A stretch of 64,000 nt of DNA, from the NCBI GenBank assembly GCA_947448525.1, contig CANFNV010000010.1, positions 14,157 to 78,156 on the forward strand, given 5' to 3'. A program made the translations under genes and the position numbers. The notes under the pieces were generated by a model that saw nothing but the letters and a program-made list of their open reading frames with translations, searched no databases and was not told the origin of the DNA. Positions 55,535-64,000 of this stretch are shown here, piece after piece. The stretch comes from Flavobacteriaceae bacterium. Lineage in GTDB: Bacteria > Bacteroidota > Bacteroidia > Flavobacteriales > Flavobacteriaceae. Within the stretch, counting starts at the first letter, position 1. Each line of letters opens with the position of its first letter.

Positions 55535-58500
55535 TTAAAGGATAACAAGTTTTTCTATTTTTTCTGCTTTATTTCCAGAAATAGTTGAACGAACGGTTAG
55601 TTTGTATATATAGACCCCTTTACCTATTTTATCTCCAAAATCATCTTTACCGTCCCAAGTGATTTCTCTTGACAGAAACCCGTCAGTAGTTACTGTTTGG
55701 TTGATTGTTTTTACAATTTTGCCGGTAATTGTAATTATTTGAACTTGAACCTCTAACGGTTCGTATGGTTTGTTGTGATTGAACCAAAACTGGGTATAAT
55801 TTACAAACGGATTGGGATAATTCAAAACATTACTTAGGGTTACACCATCACTGTCGGCAACAACAAATTGAATTTCGGCAGACACAAAGTTATTATAAAC
55901 ATCCCAAGCTTTAAATTTAAGGGTGTGTAATCCTTTAGCTAAATTTCTAAATGGAAATCTAATTTTACCTTTAGTGTAATTATTTAATTCCGTTTCGTAA
56001 TAATCGTTTAAAATATAGGGTTTTGTTTCATCTCCATCCAATATGGCAACAATATCATGACCTATTCCGCTTGCGGTATTTATTCCATGTTCATCTTCTA
56101 GAAATACTAGAAAGAAAGGTGAAACATTGGAGATACCGCCGTTAACAAAAGATTCGTCGTTCATGTAGAGGCGCACTTTTGGGGGCGTTATATCTGCAAC
56201 AGCATTGGTGTTAATACCTCCCACTTTTATGTCTAAGTTATAACCTGTTTTATCGAGTAATACTTGATTTCGCTTGGCATAAAAACTGACTCTTCCATTT
56301 CCTAAAGGAATTTTAATATCTCTTGGAACCACGAATCCTAATTCAAAATTGCCGTTGTTTACGGAAGCATTTCCTCTAAAAATAGTTTCTCCCAAATTTG
56401 CAAAACTTATTGGCGGACTGTATCCATCATTATTTAAAGTTGAACGGGAATAATTTTTATCAAATACATTAACGGCAATATCGCCATTATAATTGGTCAA
56501 TAAATTTCCAGATTCATCACGAACTTCACCAGATAATTTAACATAACTAAGTGCTTTTAAATCATCTATAGGCTGCGTTATTGAAACATCATTAACTTTA
56601 GTGAGCACCACTTTTGGTTTTGGAATTGCCAACAATAATGCAGGATCACCAAGATAAGAAGTGACGCTAATTGCGGAGTTGTCATTACTCTCACTTTTGG
56701 TTAATCGCAGTGCTTCAGCTATAGAGATATTAGAATTTGAACTTAAACCATAACCTAAAAGATATTGAGATAAAATGCTGTTAAACTGAAAAGCATAACT
56801 AATTTCTCTTGTAGTCGTGACCATAGAGATAGCTCCGCCTTTTGGGTTCCAATAGGTATATTCTCCTGCAGTTGGTCGATAGGGATTGTCAAAACGAGAA
56901 AACTGACATGTAATTGTAATAAATAAAGGATACTTGAATTGATTATTAAAATTATACCCGTCCAGTTTGTCCCAAAGTCGTTCTCCCGTCAAACCATCTT
57001 CTCCACCATGACCTAGGTAATTAAATATTAATGCCCCATGTTCAAAATCATTAGTCATTTCCTCTTTTGCCGCTGGATATCTTGCACCACCAGCAGTAGT
57101 TTCTTGTTGATAAGAATCTAATAGTATTTTTTTAAAGTTAAAAAATGGTTTATTAGCGTACACATCATCTGTTAAACTATTTTGTGCATCCTGTAAAACA
57201 TTGTCACCATCTTTGTCAGTATCGTCTGAAATGGCTACATAATTATTTCTCCAACTTCCGTACGATTTTATGTCATGATATTCTAATACTTTATTTATCA
57301 TTTCATCTGCCTGTTGAACCGAGGACACCAACATTCTGCCCACAGCAATATCTGGTTTACCATAATAGCTATCTAAATTTCCTTCGTTATCATCCATTTC
57401 TACAAAAAAATCATCGGATGAAAAGGATGCCGAAGTTTCATAATAACTACTAACGGCATGATAAATTGGAACAATATTGGTGTTATTTGGGATTCTATTT
57501 TTAAAATCGAAGGAAGCATCGCCAAATAAATTGACATATTTTACTCTAGCCGATGGTGAAGAGGCATTTTGATACACATATTTTATGAAATTTCTAATGG
57601 CCCCGATATCTTGTTTACCTCCCCCAAATTCTTGATATATGGCATCTAAGTTTACTACTTTTACATTCAAACCCGAATAACTTCTATGAAAATTAGCCAA
57701 TTTTTCGGCTTCAGAGTTTAAAAAACCTGAGGTTATTATCAAATAATCAATGTCTTGAAAACTTCCTTGTGAATTAATAAAAATAGTTCCTTTCAAATTT
57801 TGATTTGAAACGGAAGTATTTAGCTCTTTCCCTGGTGTATAAAAATCAGATTCATCAATGGCGACATACTTTTTAGAATTCAAAAAATCTTTAAATGAAA
57901 AATTACTTTGTGACGAATTGGAAATTGAAGCAACATTATAGATATCGGTAATATCCCATACTTGACTAATGTTTGTTGCATTTGAAAATTGATAGTTGGC
58001 AATAGAATTTATTTGACTGTTGGTATTAGTATATTGAAATCGGAACTGTCTTCCTATGCCATTCAAATTGCTTTTTGCCGAAATATTAATAAAATCCAAA
58101 TACCCTTTAGATGTGGGAACTCCACTATTGTTGAAAGTTAATTTTACACTGATGTTTTGAGCTGCTGTAATATTTGACACTATTGAACTTTGAGCCGCAA
58201 CAATTCCTGTATTTAATAAAACCGCAGATAAATTCATAGTTCCAATATTTTGTCCATTGACAGCCGCAGTAAAAGAAGTAGCAACTACAGAATTTCCTCC
58301 GGTGTGAATCTCAATTTTGGCGGGTGCAGTGGTAACGATGTTCGGTAAATTAAAATCAAAAATTTGTTCATTAGTCATGCTAAAATTTTCTCCAAACCAA
58401 GTTCTTCCTAATCGACCAATGTTGGTTAAATCTACTTCGTGAAATTGATAATCATCAAATGTGGTTACGTTTTCTGTTGCACTTCCACTTGGCTGAATCA

Positions 58501-59365
58501 TCTGTGCGATTCGTTTTCCATTTCCTCCATCTACATTTATATAATAGTATGAAGCGTCGGAATACAAATTAATATTTGTTTTATTTTCAGCGCTCCAATT
58601 ATCAACTCCTTCTGCATAAAACAGAATATAATCGTTATCGTCAAAAGAGCCATCCGATTCACCAATTACTTGAATAGCATTTTCCTGCAAATCATTGGTA
58701 TAGGGAACACTGTTTTTAAGAGGCAACATTCGCCCACCATTTCCGTATATTTTAATGTTTTGTGGATTTATAGCATTAACATTGAATCCTAAATCAGACA
58801 TAAAACCTTTTGATATTTTGTAAACACCTGATTTTGTAACATAAATTCGTTTCCAAAATCCAGATGCAAGAACAGAATTTGAGACGCTAGCAGTATTTTG
58901 GAAATTATTTGTTTTTGAATTTGTTGAAGCAAAAGAATAATTATAGTTAAAAGAAATAACTTTTTTATAGCCACTTTCATCTTTAAAAATTGGAAAAAAT
59001 TTAAATAAAACAGAAATTTTATCACGAGAAATTTCATTTTTAATAGAGGCGTTTATACTGTTCTTAATGTTTTTTTTATCTAGGTCACCTAGTTGAGATT
59101 CATCAATAGATACAAAAACAATATTTGAAATTATCAAAGATTTTTCATCAATCAATGAAGATGAATCAATTTTTTTAATAAAAAAAATTTCTTTTGTTTG
59201 AATGTCAAAGTTAAAACTATCCGATTCAAATTGAGGTAAATTGAATTTAAAATCACTAAACGGATAATTGGTTTTTTCAATCCAATTAATAGTAATAGCC
59301 CCTGAGTATTGAGCATGAATCAACAAAGTAAACAAAAACAACAATAAGGTAACAAACTTTTTCAT
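55535..59365 (-). CDS. porU: T9SS sortase PorU (C25 gingipain-like) with type-A CTD
   Basis: FYAEG, LFGDASFD, AVGR, catalytic YLGHGG and ITCQFSRFD, CTD YPNPF...WDGKDDFG...GVYIYKL. Confidence 0.96.
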   Translation of the reverse strand: MKKFVTLLLFLFTLLIHAQYSGAITINWIEKTNYPFSDFKFNLPQFESDSFNFDIQTKEIFFIKKIDSSSLIDEKSLIISNIVFVSIDESQLGDLDKKNIKNSINASIKNEISRDKISVLFKFFPIFKDESGYKKVISFNYNYSFASTNSKTNNFQNTASVSNSVLASGFWKRIYVTKSGVYKISKGFMSDLGFNVNAINPQNIKIYGNGGRMLPLKNSVPYTNDLQENAIQVIGESDGSFDDNDYILFYAEGVDNWSAENKTNINLYSDASYYYINVDGGNGKRIAQMIQPSGSATENVTTFDDYQFHEVDLTNIGRLGRTWFGENFSMTNEQIFDFNLPNIVTTAPAKIEIHTGGNSVVATSFTAAVNGQNIGTMNLSAVLLNTGIVAAQSSIVSNITAAQNISVKLTFNNSGVPTSKGYLDFINISAKSNLNGIGRQFRFQYTNTNSQINSIANYQFSNATNISQVWDITDIYNVASISNSSQSNFSFKDFLNSKKYVAIDESDFYTPGKELNTSVSNQNLKGTIFINSQGSFQDIDYLIITSGFLNSEAEKLANFHRSYSGLNVKVVNLDAIYQEFGGGKQDIGAIRNFIKYVYQNASSPSARVKYVNLFGDASFDFKNRIPNNTNIVPIYHAVSSYYETSASFSSDDFFVEMDDNEGNLDSYYGKPDIAVGRMLVSSVQQADEMINKVLEYHDIKSYGSWRNNYVAISDDTDKDGDNVLQDAQNSLTDDVYANKPFFNFKKILLDSYQQETTAGGARYPAAKEEMTNDFEHGALIFNYLGHGGEDGLTGERLWDKLDGYNFNNQFKYPLFITITCQFSRFDNPYRPTAGEYTYWNPKGGAISMVTTTREISYAFQFNSILSQYLLGYGLSSNSNISIAEALRLTKSESNDNSAISVTSYLGDPALLLAIPKPKVVLTKVNDVSITQPIDDLKALSYVKLSGEVRDESGNLLTNYNGDIAVNVFDKNYSRSTLNNDGYSPPISFANLGETIFRGNASVNNGNFELGFVVPRDIKIPLGNGRVSFYAKRNQVLLDKTGYNLDIKVGGINTNAVADITPPKVRLYMNDESFVNGGISNVSPFFLVFLEDEHGINTASGIGHDIVAILDGDETKPYILNDYYETELNNYTKGKIRFPFRNLAKGLHTLKFKAWDVYNNFVSAEIQFVVADSDGVTLSNVLNYPNPFVNYTQFWFNHNKPYEPLEVQVQIITITGKIVKTINQTVTTDGFLSREITWDGKDDFGDKIGKGVYIYKLTVRSTISGNKAEKIEKLVIL

Positions 59366-59564
59366 TGATAAGTTAACGTAATTTTATTTTAAATATTACG
59401 AAAGGTAAAAATAAAATTTTTAAATCGTTTTAAACAATAATAAAAAAGAAATAGCGTTATCATTATTAATGACTGAAAAAAAAATTATTAATATTAAAAA
59501 AGATGTTGCAATATCAAGGTTAATTATTATATTGCACCTCGAAAATTTATTACCTAATAAGAGT

Positions 59565-61283
59565 ATGAGAGTTAACAAATTTATGACAATCAAGTTGTTA
59601 CTAGTGTTGGCACTAATGGCAAGTTTTACAAGTTGTAGCAAAAAATCAAGTTCTAATGCAGGATCTAAAGCTACAGGATGGAAAATCAATGACAAAAAAG
59701 GAGGATTCCAGTATGCTTCTAAATTTAAAAAACAAGAAACAGCGCCGGGATTGGTTTTGGTTGAAGGAGGAACATTTACAATGGGTAAAGTTGCAGATGA
59801 TCCTATGCACGATTGGAACAACACTCCAAATCAACAACATGTCCAATCTTTTTACATGGATGAAACCGAAGTAACCAATGTAATGTATATGGAATACTTA
59901 GATTGGTTGAAAAGGGTTTTCCCACCAGAAGAAGAAAATTATAAAAATATTTACGAAGGTGCTTCTCTTGATACACTAGTATGGAGAAATAGATTGGGTT
60001 ATAACGAAACCATGACCAATAACTATTTAAGACATCCTGCTTATGCAGAATATCCAGTAGTAGGGGTAAATTGGATTCAAGCCACCGAATATTCTAAATG
60101 GAGAACAGACCGTGTAAATGAATCAGTTCTTGAAAGAGAAGGATACCTGAAAAAAGATGCTAAAGTTACTGATGCTAAAGCAGAAGCTACTTTTAGTACT
60201 GACACTTATATAATTGCTCCAACCAAAACTTATGGAGGTGATGATAAAATTGTTTTAAAAGGGCAGAAAAACTCTAAAGCTGCTGGAAAAGGCGGAACAA
60301 AAGGAGCAGATGGAACAACAAAAGAAGCTAAAAATTTATATGCTAACAGAAGTTCGGGTTTAATTTTACCTGAATACAGACTTCCAACAGAAGCTGAATG
60401 GGAATATGCTGCAGCTGCAGATGTAGGTCAACGAGAATATAATGTTTACAAAGGCCAAAAGAAATACCCTTGGTCAGGAAGTTATACACGTTCTAGTAAA
60501 AGAGCAATAAAAGGTGATCAATTAGCCAATTTCAAACAAGGAAAAGGAGATTATGGTGGAATTGCTGGTTGGTCTGATGATGGAGCTGATATTACTAACA
60601 AAGTAAAATCATATCCTCCAAATGACTTTGGCTTGTATGATATGGCAGGAAACGTTGCTGAATGGGTTGCAGATGTTTACAGACCTATTGTTGATGATGA
60701 AGGAAACGATTTCAACTATTTTAGAGGAAACGTTTATATGAAAGATAAAATCGGTGAAGATGGAAAAGCCGAATTAGTTTCTAAAGAAACACAAAAATTT
60801 GACACTATGTCTAACGGTAGAGTTATGGCAAGAAATTTTCCAGGACAAATTGCTCAAGTTCCTGTTGATGATAAAGAAACTTATTTGAGACAAAACTTTG
60901 ATAAAAGCAACGAAAAAAATTATAGAGATGGTGACAAACAATCTACAAGATATTTTGATTTTGGAAGTTCAGAAGAAGGCGACGGGAAATTACCTGATGC
61001 AAAAAAAATGTATGATTCACCAAAACATAATGTATCCACAGACAGTATTGGAAACATGATTCGTAAATATGACCATTCTAATAAAAGAACAACATTAGTT
61101 AACGATGATGTAAGAGTCTACAAAGGTGGTTCATGGAAAGACAGAGCCTACTGGTTGGATCCAGCTCAAAGAAGATACTTCCCGCAAGATATGGCAACTG
61201 ATTATATTGGATTTAGATGTGCCATGTCAAGAGTTGGGCCAAAATCTGATTCTAAAAAAACAGCAAGAAATAAAAAAAGATAA
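59565..61283 (+). CDS. gldJ: Gliding motility lipoprotein GldJ
   Basis: Lipobox FTSC; FGE-sulfatase domain (FYMDETEVTN, YPVVGVNW, RLPTEAEWEYAA, GLYDMAGNVAEW, IGFRCAM); divergent from porU; start ATG 59565. Confidence 0.95.
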   Translation: MRVNKFMTIKLLLVLALMASFTSCSKKSSSNAGSKATGWKINDKKGGFQYASKFKKQETAPGLVLVEGGTFTMGKVADDPMHDWNNTPNQQHVQSFYMDETEVTNVMYMEYLDWLKRVFPPEEENYKNIYEGASLDTLVWRNRLGYNETMTNNYLRHPAYAEYPVVGVNWIQATEYSKWRTDRVNESVLEREGYLKKDAKVTDAKAEATFSTDTYIIAPTKTYGGDDKIVLKGQKNSKAAGKGGTKGADGTTKEAKNLYANRSSGLILPEYRLPTEAEWEYAAAADVGQREYNVYKGQKKYPWSGSYTRSSKRAIKGDQLANFKQGKGDYGGIAGWSDDGADITNKVKSYPPNDFGLYDMAGNVAEWVADVYRPIVDDEGNDFNYFRGNVYMKDKIGEDGKAELVSKETQKFDTMSNGRVMARNFPGQIAQVPVDDKETYLRQNFDKSNEKNYRDGDKQSTRYFDFGSSEEGDGKLPDAKKMYDSPKHNVSTDSIGNMIRKYDHSNKRTTLVNDDVRVYKGGSWKDRAYWLDPAQRRYFPQDMATDYIGFRCAMSRVGPKSDSKKTARNKKR

Positions 61284-61303
61284 TTCTTTTATAATAATGT
61301 AGC

Positions 61304-61328
61304 AAAAGCCCTTTAATTAGGGCTTTTT
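61304..61328 (+). terminator. Intrinsic terminator after gldJ
   Basis: AAAAGCCCT-TTAATT-AGGGCTTTTT. Confidence 0.85.
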
Positions 61329-61346
61329 GTTTATAACTATTTTTAA

Positions 61347-62630
61347 ATGACTCTAGCCGAAATTCACAATTTGTACCTACAATCTAGCGGAATTGTAATA
61401 GACACACAAAAAATTGAACCAAACTCTTTTTTTGTAGCTTTAAAAGGAGAACGCTTTGACGCAAATACTTTTACAAAAGAAGCTCTTGAAAAAGGATGTT
61501 CAGTTGTAATAATTGACAATAAAGAATACTATATTGATGGAAAAACAATTCTTGTCGAAGACAGCTTAAAAACTTTACAAGAATTAGCTAAATTTCATAG
61601 AGATTATTTAAAAATTCCTATTATTGCAATTACCGGAAGTAACGGGAAAACGACAACTAAAGAATTAATTCAAGTTGTACTTTTAAAAAAATTCAACACA
61701 AAAGCCACTTTTGGAAATTTGAATAACCACATTGGAGTTCCATTAACCTTATTATCCTTTAATAAAAAAACTGAAATCGGAATTGTTGAAATGGGTGCCA
61801 ATCACCAAAAAGAAATTGAATTCTTATGTGAAATAGCTAAACCAGATTTTGGTTATATTACCAATTTTGGAAAAGCTCATCTTGAGGGATTTGGTGGAAT
61901 TTTAGGTGTGATTAAAGGAAAAAGTGAAATGTATAATTATCTTCAAACTAATAATAAAAAAGCATTTGTAAATTTTGACGATGCCATTCAAGTAGAAAAA
62001 ACGAAAAATATTGAAAGATTTACATTTAGCACTATAAATAAAGACTGTAATGTTTTTATTAAAAATTGCACTGCCAATCCAATGGTTTCAATGAATTACA
62101 ATAACATTGAAATTAAATCACATTTAATCGGTTTGTATAACGCAAATAATATTAATGCAGCAATAACAATTGGAAATTATTTTGGTGTTTCTGAAGAAGA
62201 AATAAAAGAGGCAGTAGAATGTTATATCCCAGAGAACAATCGTTCGCAATTAATATCAAAAAACAGTAATGAAATAATTCTCGATGCATATAATGCGAAT
62301 CCTAGCAGTATGCTGGTTGCCTTGGATAATTTTCTTCAATTAAAAAATTCAAAAAAAACAATTATTATTGGGGATATGTTTGAACTTGGTAAAGAAAGTA
62401 GTAAAGAACATCAGTTGATAGTAAATTTTTTAAAAAAAACAGATACTATTCAATGTTTCTTTATTGGAAAAGACTTCTATGTTAATAAAAATGAAAAAAT
62501 ACATCATAATTTCTATAAAGATTTTGAATCATTTACTGAATATTTAAAAGAAAATTCTTTTTCAAATACGTTGTTATTAATTAAAGGATCCCGAGGAATG
62601 GCACTTGAAAGAACTTTAGAATACATCTAA
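61347..62630 (+). CDS. murF: UDP-MurNAc-tripeptide--D-Ala-D-Ala ligase
   Basis: ALKGERFDA, ITGSNGKTTTKE, NLNNHIGVPLT, VEMGANH, DAYNANP, GDMFELG, KGSRG. Confidence 0.96.
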   Translation: MTLAEIHNLYLQSSGIVIDTQKIEPNSFFVALKGERFDANTFTKEALEKGCSVVIIDNKEYYIDGKTILVEDSLKTLQELAKFHRDYLKIPIIAITGSNGKTTTKELIQVVLLKKFNTKATFGNLNNHIGVPLTLLSFNKKTEIGIVEMGANHQKEIEFLCEIAKPDFGYITNFGKAHLEGFGGILGVIKGKSEMYNYLQTNNKKAFVNFDDAIQVEKTKNIERFTFSTINKDCNVFIKNCTANPMVSMNYNNIEIKSHLIGLYNANNINAAITIGNYFGVSEEEIKEAVECYIPENNRSQLISKNSNEIILDAYNANPSSMLVALDNFLQLKNSKKTIIIGDMFELGKESSKEHQLIVNFLKKTDTIQCFFIGKDFYVNKNEKIHHNFYKDFESFTEYLKENSFSNTLLLIKGSRGMALERTLEYI

Positions 62631-62655
62631 AAATTTGCTTTAAATAGAGCTATAC

Positions 62656-63942
62656 CTATAATTTTTTGGCTACTTTATCAATTGCATTAATTGTAAAATC
62701 TAAATCTTCGTAGGTTAATGCATCCGTTATAAACCATGTTTCATAAGCTGATGGTGCAATGTAAATTCCTTCGCTCAACATTCCGTGAAAGAACTTTTTG
62801 AAAGTTACGTTGTCCCCTTTCTTTGCTGTATCAAAATCAAACACTGGATTTGCATTAAAATGTACAGAAATCATTGAGCCCACTCTATTTATTGTAAAAT
62901 CAATTTTATGTTTAGTCAATATATTTCTGATTCCAATTTCTAAATAAGCACTTTTTTCTTCTAGTCTTTTAAAAATTTGATCGTCGGCATTTAAAGATTG
63001 TAACATTGTCAATCCGGCTGCCATAGCTAATGGATTTCCTGATAAAGTTCCAGCTTGATAAACGGGACCTATTGGTGCTAAATAATTCATTATTTCATTT
63101 CTCGACGCAAAAGCACCAACAGGCAAACCGCCACCAATAACTTTTCCGAAGCACACAATGTCAGCTTTGATGTTATATAATTCCTGAACTCCACCTTTAG
63201 CGAGTCGGAAACCAGTCATTACTTCATCAAATATCAACAAGGTCCCATTATCTAAACAAAGTTGTCTTAATCCTTCTAAAAATCCATATTTTGGTGGAAT
63301 ACAACCCATGTTTCCGGCAACTGGCTCAACAATAATTGCAGCTATTTCGTTTTTATTTGCTTCGAACAAAGCTCTTACATTTTCAATATTATTAAAAGTG
63401 GCCAATAAAGTATCTTTTGCAGTTCCTTGAGTAACCCCAGGACTATTTGGGGTTCCAAAAGTACTTGCTCCGCTTCCAGCTTGAATCAAAAAAGAATCTG
63501 AATGTCCATGATAACAACCTGCAAATTTGACAATCTTATCCCTTTTCGTAAATCCACGAGCCAAACGAATTGCGCTCATACAAGCTTCCGTTCCTGAATT
63601 CACAAACCTAATTTTATCAATATTAGGAACCATAGCAACCGCTAATTCTGCAATTTTTGTTTCTAATTCTGTTGGCATACCAAAGGAAGTTCCAAGTTGA
63701 GCTCTTTCTGTAATAGCTTCAATAACTGGCGGATAGGCATGACCTAAAATCATAGGTCCCCATGAATTGATAAAATCAATAAGCTTATTTCCGTCTTCGT
63801 CATAAAGATAAGCGCCCTTAGCACTTTTAACAAAAATTGGGTTGCCTCCTACTCCTTTAAAAGCGCGAACAGGAGAATTTACGCCCCCTGGAATTACTTT
63901 TTCAGCATCAACAAAAAGCTGACTACTTCTTTGATATTGCAT
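62656..63942 (-). CDS. hemL: Glutamate-1-semialdehyde 2,1-aminomutase
   Basis: [51 protein letters not shown]. Confidence 0.97.
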   Translation of the reverse strand: MQYQRSSQLFVDAEKVIPGGVNSPVRAFKGVGGNPIFVKSAKGAYLYDEDGNKLIDFINSWGPMILGHAYPPVIEAITERAQLGTSFGMPTELETKIAELAVAMVPNIDKIRFVNSGTEACMSAIRLARGFTKRDKIVKFAGCYHGHSDSFLIQAGSGASTFGTPNSPGVTQGTAKDTLLATFNNIENVRALFEANKNEIAAIIVEPVAGNMGCIPPKYGFLEGLRQLCLDNGTLLIFDEVMTGFRLAKGGVQELYNIKADIVCFGKVIGGGLPVGAFASRNEIMNYLAPIGPVYQAGTLSGNPLAMAAGLTMLQSLNADDQIFKRLEEKSAYLEIGIRNILTKHKIDFTINRVGSMISVHFNANPVFDFDTAKKGDNVTFKKFFHGMLSEGIYIAPSAYETWFITDALTYEDLDFTINAIDKVAKKL

Positions 63943-63948
63943 TATAAA

Positions 63949-64000
63949 TTAGTGTATTAGCAAACTCTGCCCAACAGACAAAGTATCATTAAAAATATTA
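63949..64000 (-). CDS. 3' end of a CDS truncated by the window edge, LysM-like C-terminus
   Basis: Minus strand NIFNDTLSVGQSLLIH*, matching the LysM x-L-x-x-G-Q-x-L-x-I ending. Confidence 0.55.
   Translation of the reverse strand, partial: NIFNDTLSVGQSLLIH

Overview
AT-rich Bacteroidota chromosome segment, most consistent with a Flavobacterium: gldJ/porU/porV, TAnnTTTG -7 promoters and no Shine-Dalgarno motifs. It is mostly housekeeping: rarA, radC, obgE, adk, hpt, purK/purE, gcvP/gcvT, mlaEF, anmK, folC, exbBD, pdhA/pdhC, murF, hemL and tRNA-Val(TAC). Accessory or unusual parts are: (1) an uncharacterised cluster of four secreted-protein genes at the left edge; (2) a PAP2 phosphatase + phosphoethanolamine transferase (lpxE-eptA-like) lipid A remodelling cassette; (3) an orphan Bro-N gene; (4) a porP/sprF-ompA pair whose type-B T9SS cargo gene seems reduced to a degenerate 3' scar; (5) an att-like scar at the tRNA-Val 3' end carrying what looks like a left-over integrase C-terminal tail; (6) a recurrent family of 7-10 nt tandem-unit, often inverted-arm, repeat elements in intergenic spacers, one of which sits in frame in the pyruvate dehydrogenase E2 linker. 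No CRISPR array, rRNA or intact transposase/integrase was seen. All family assignments come from motif recognition by eye; no database searches were run.
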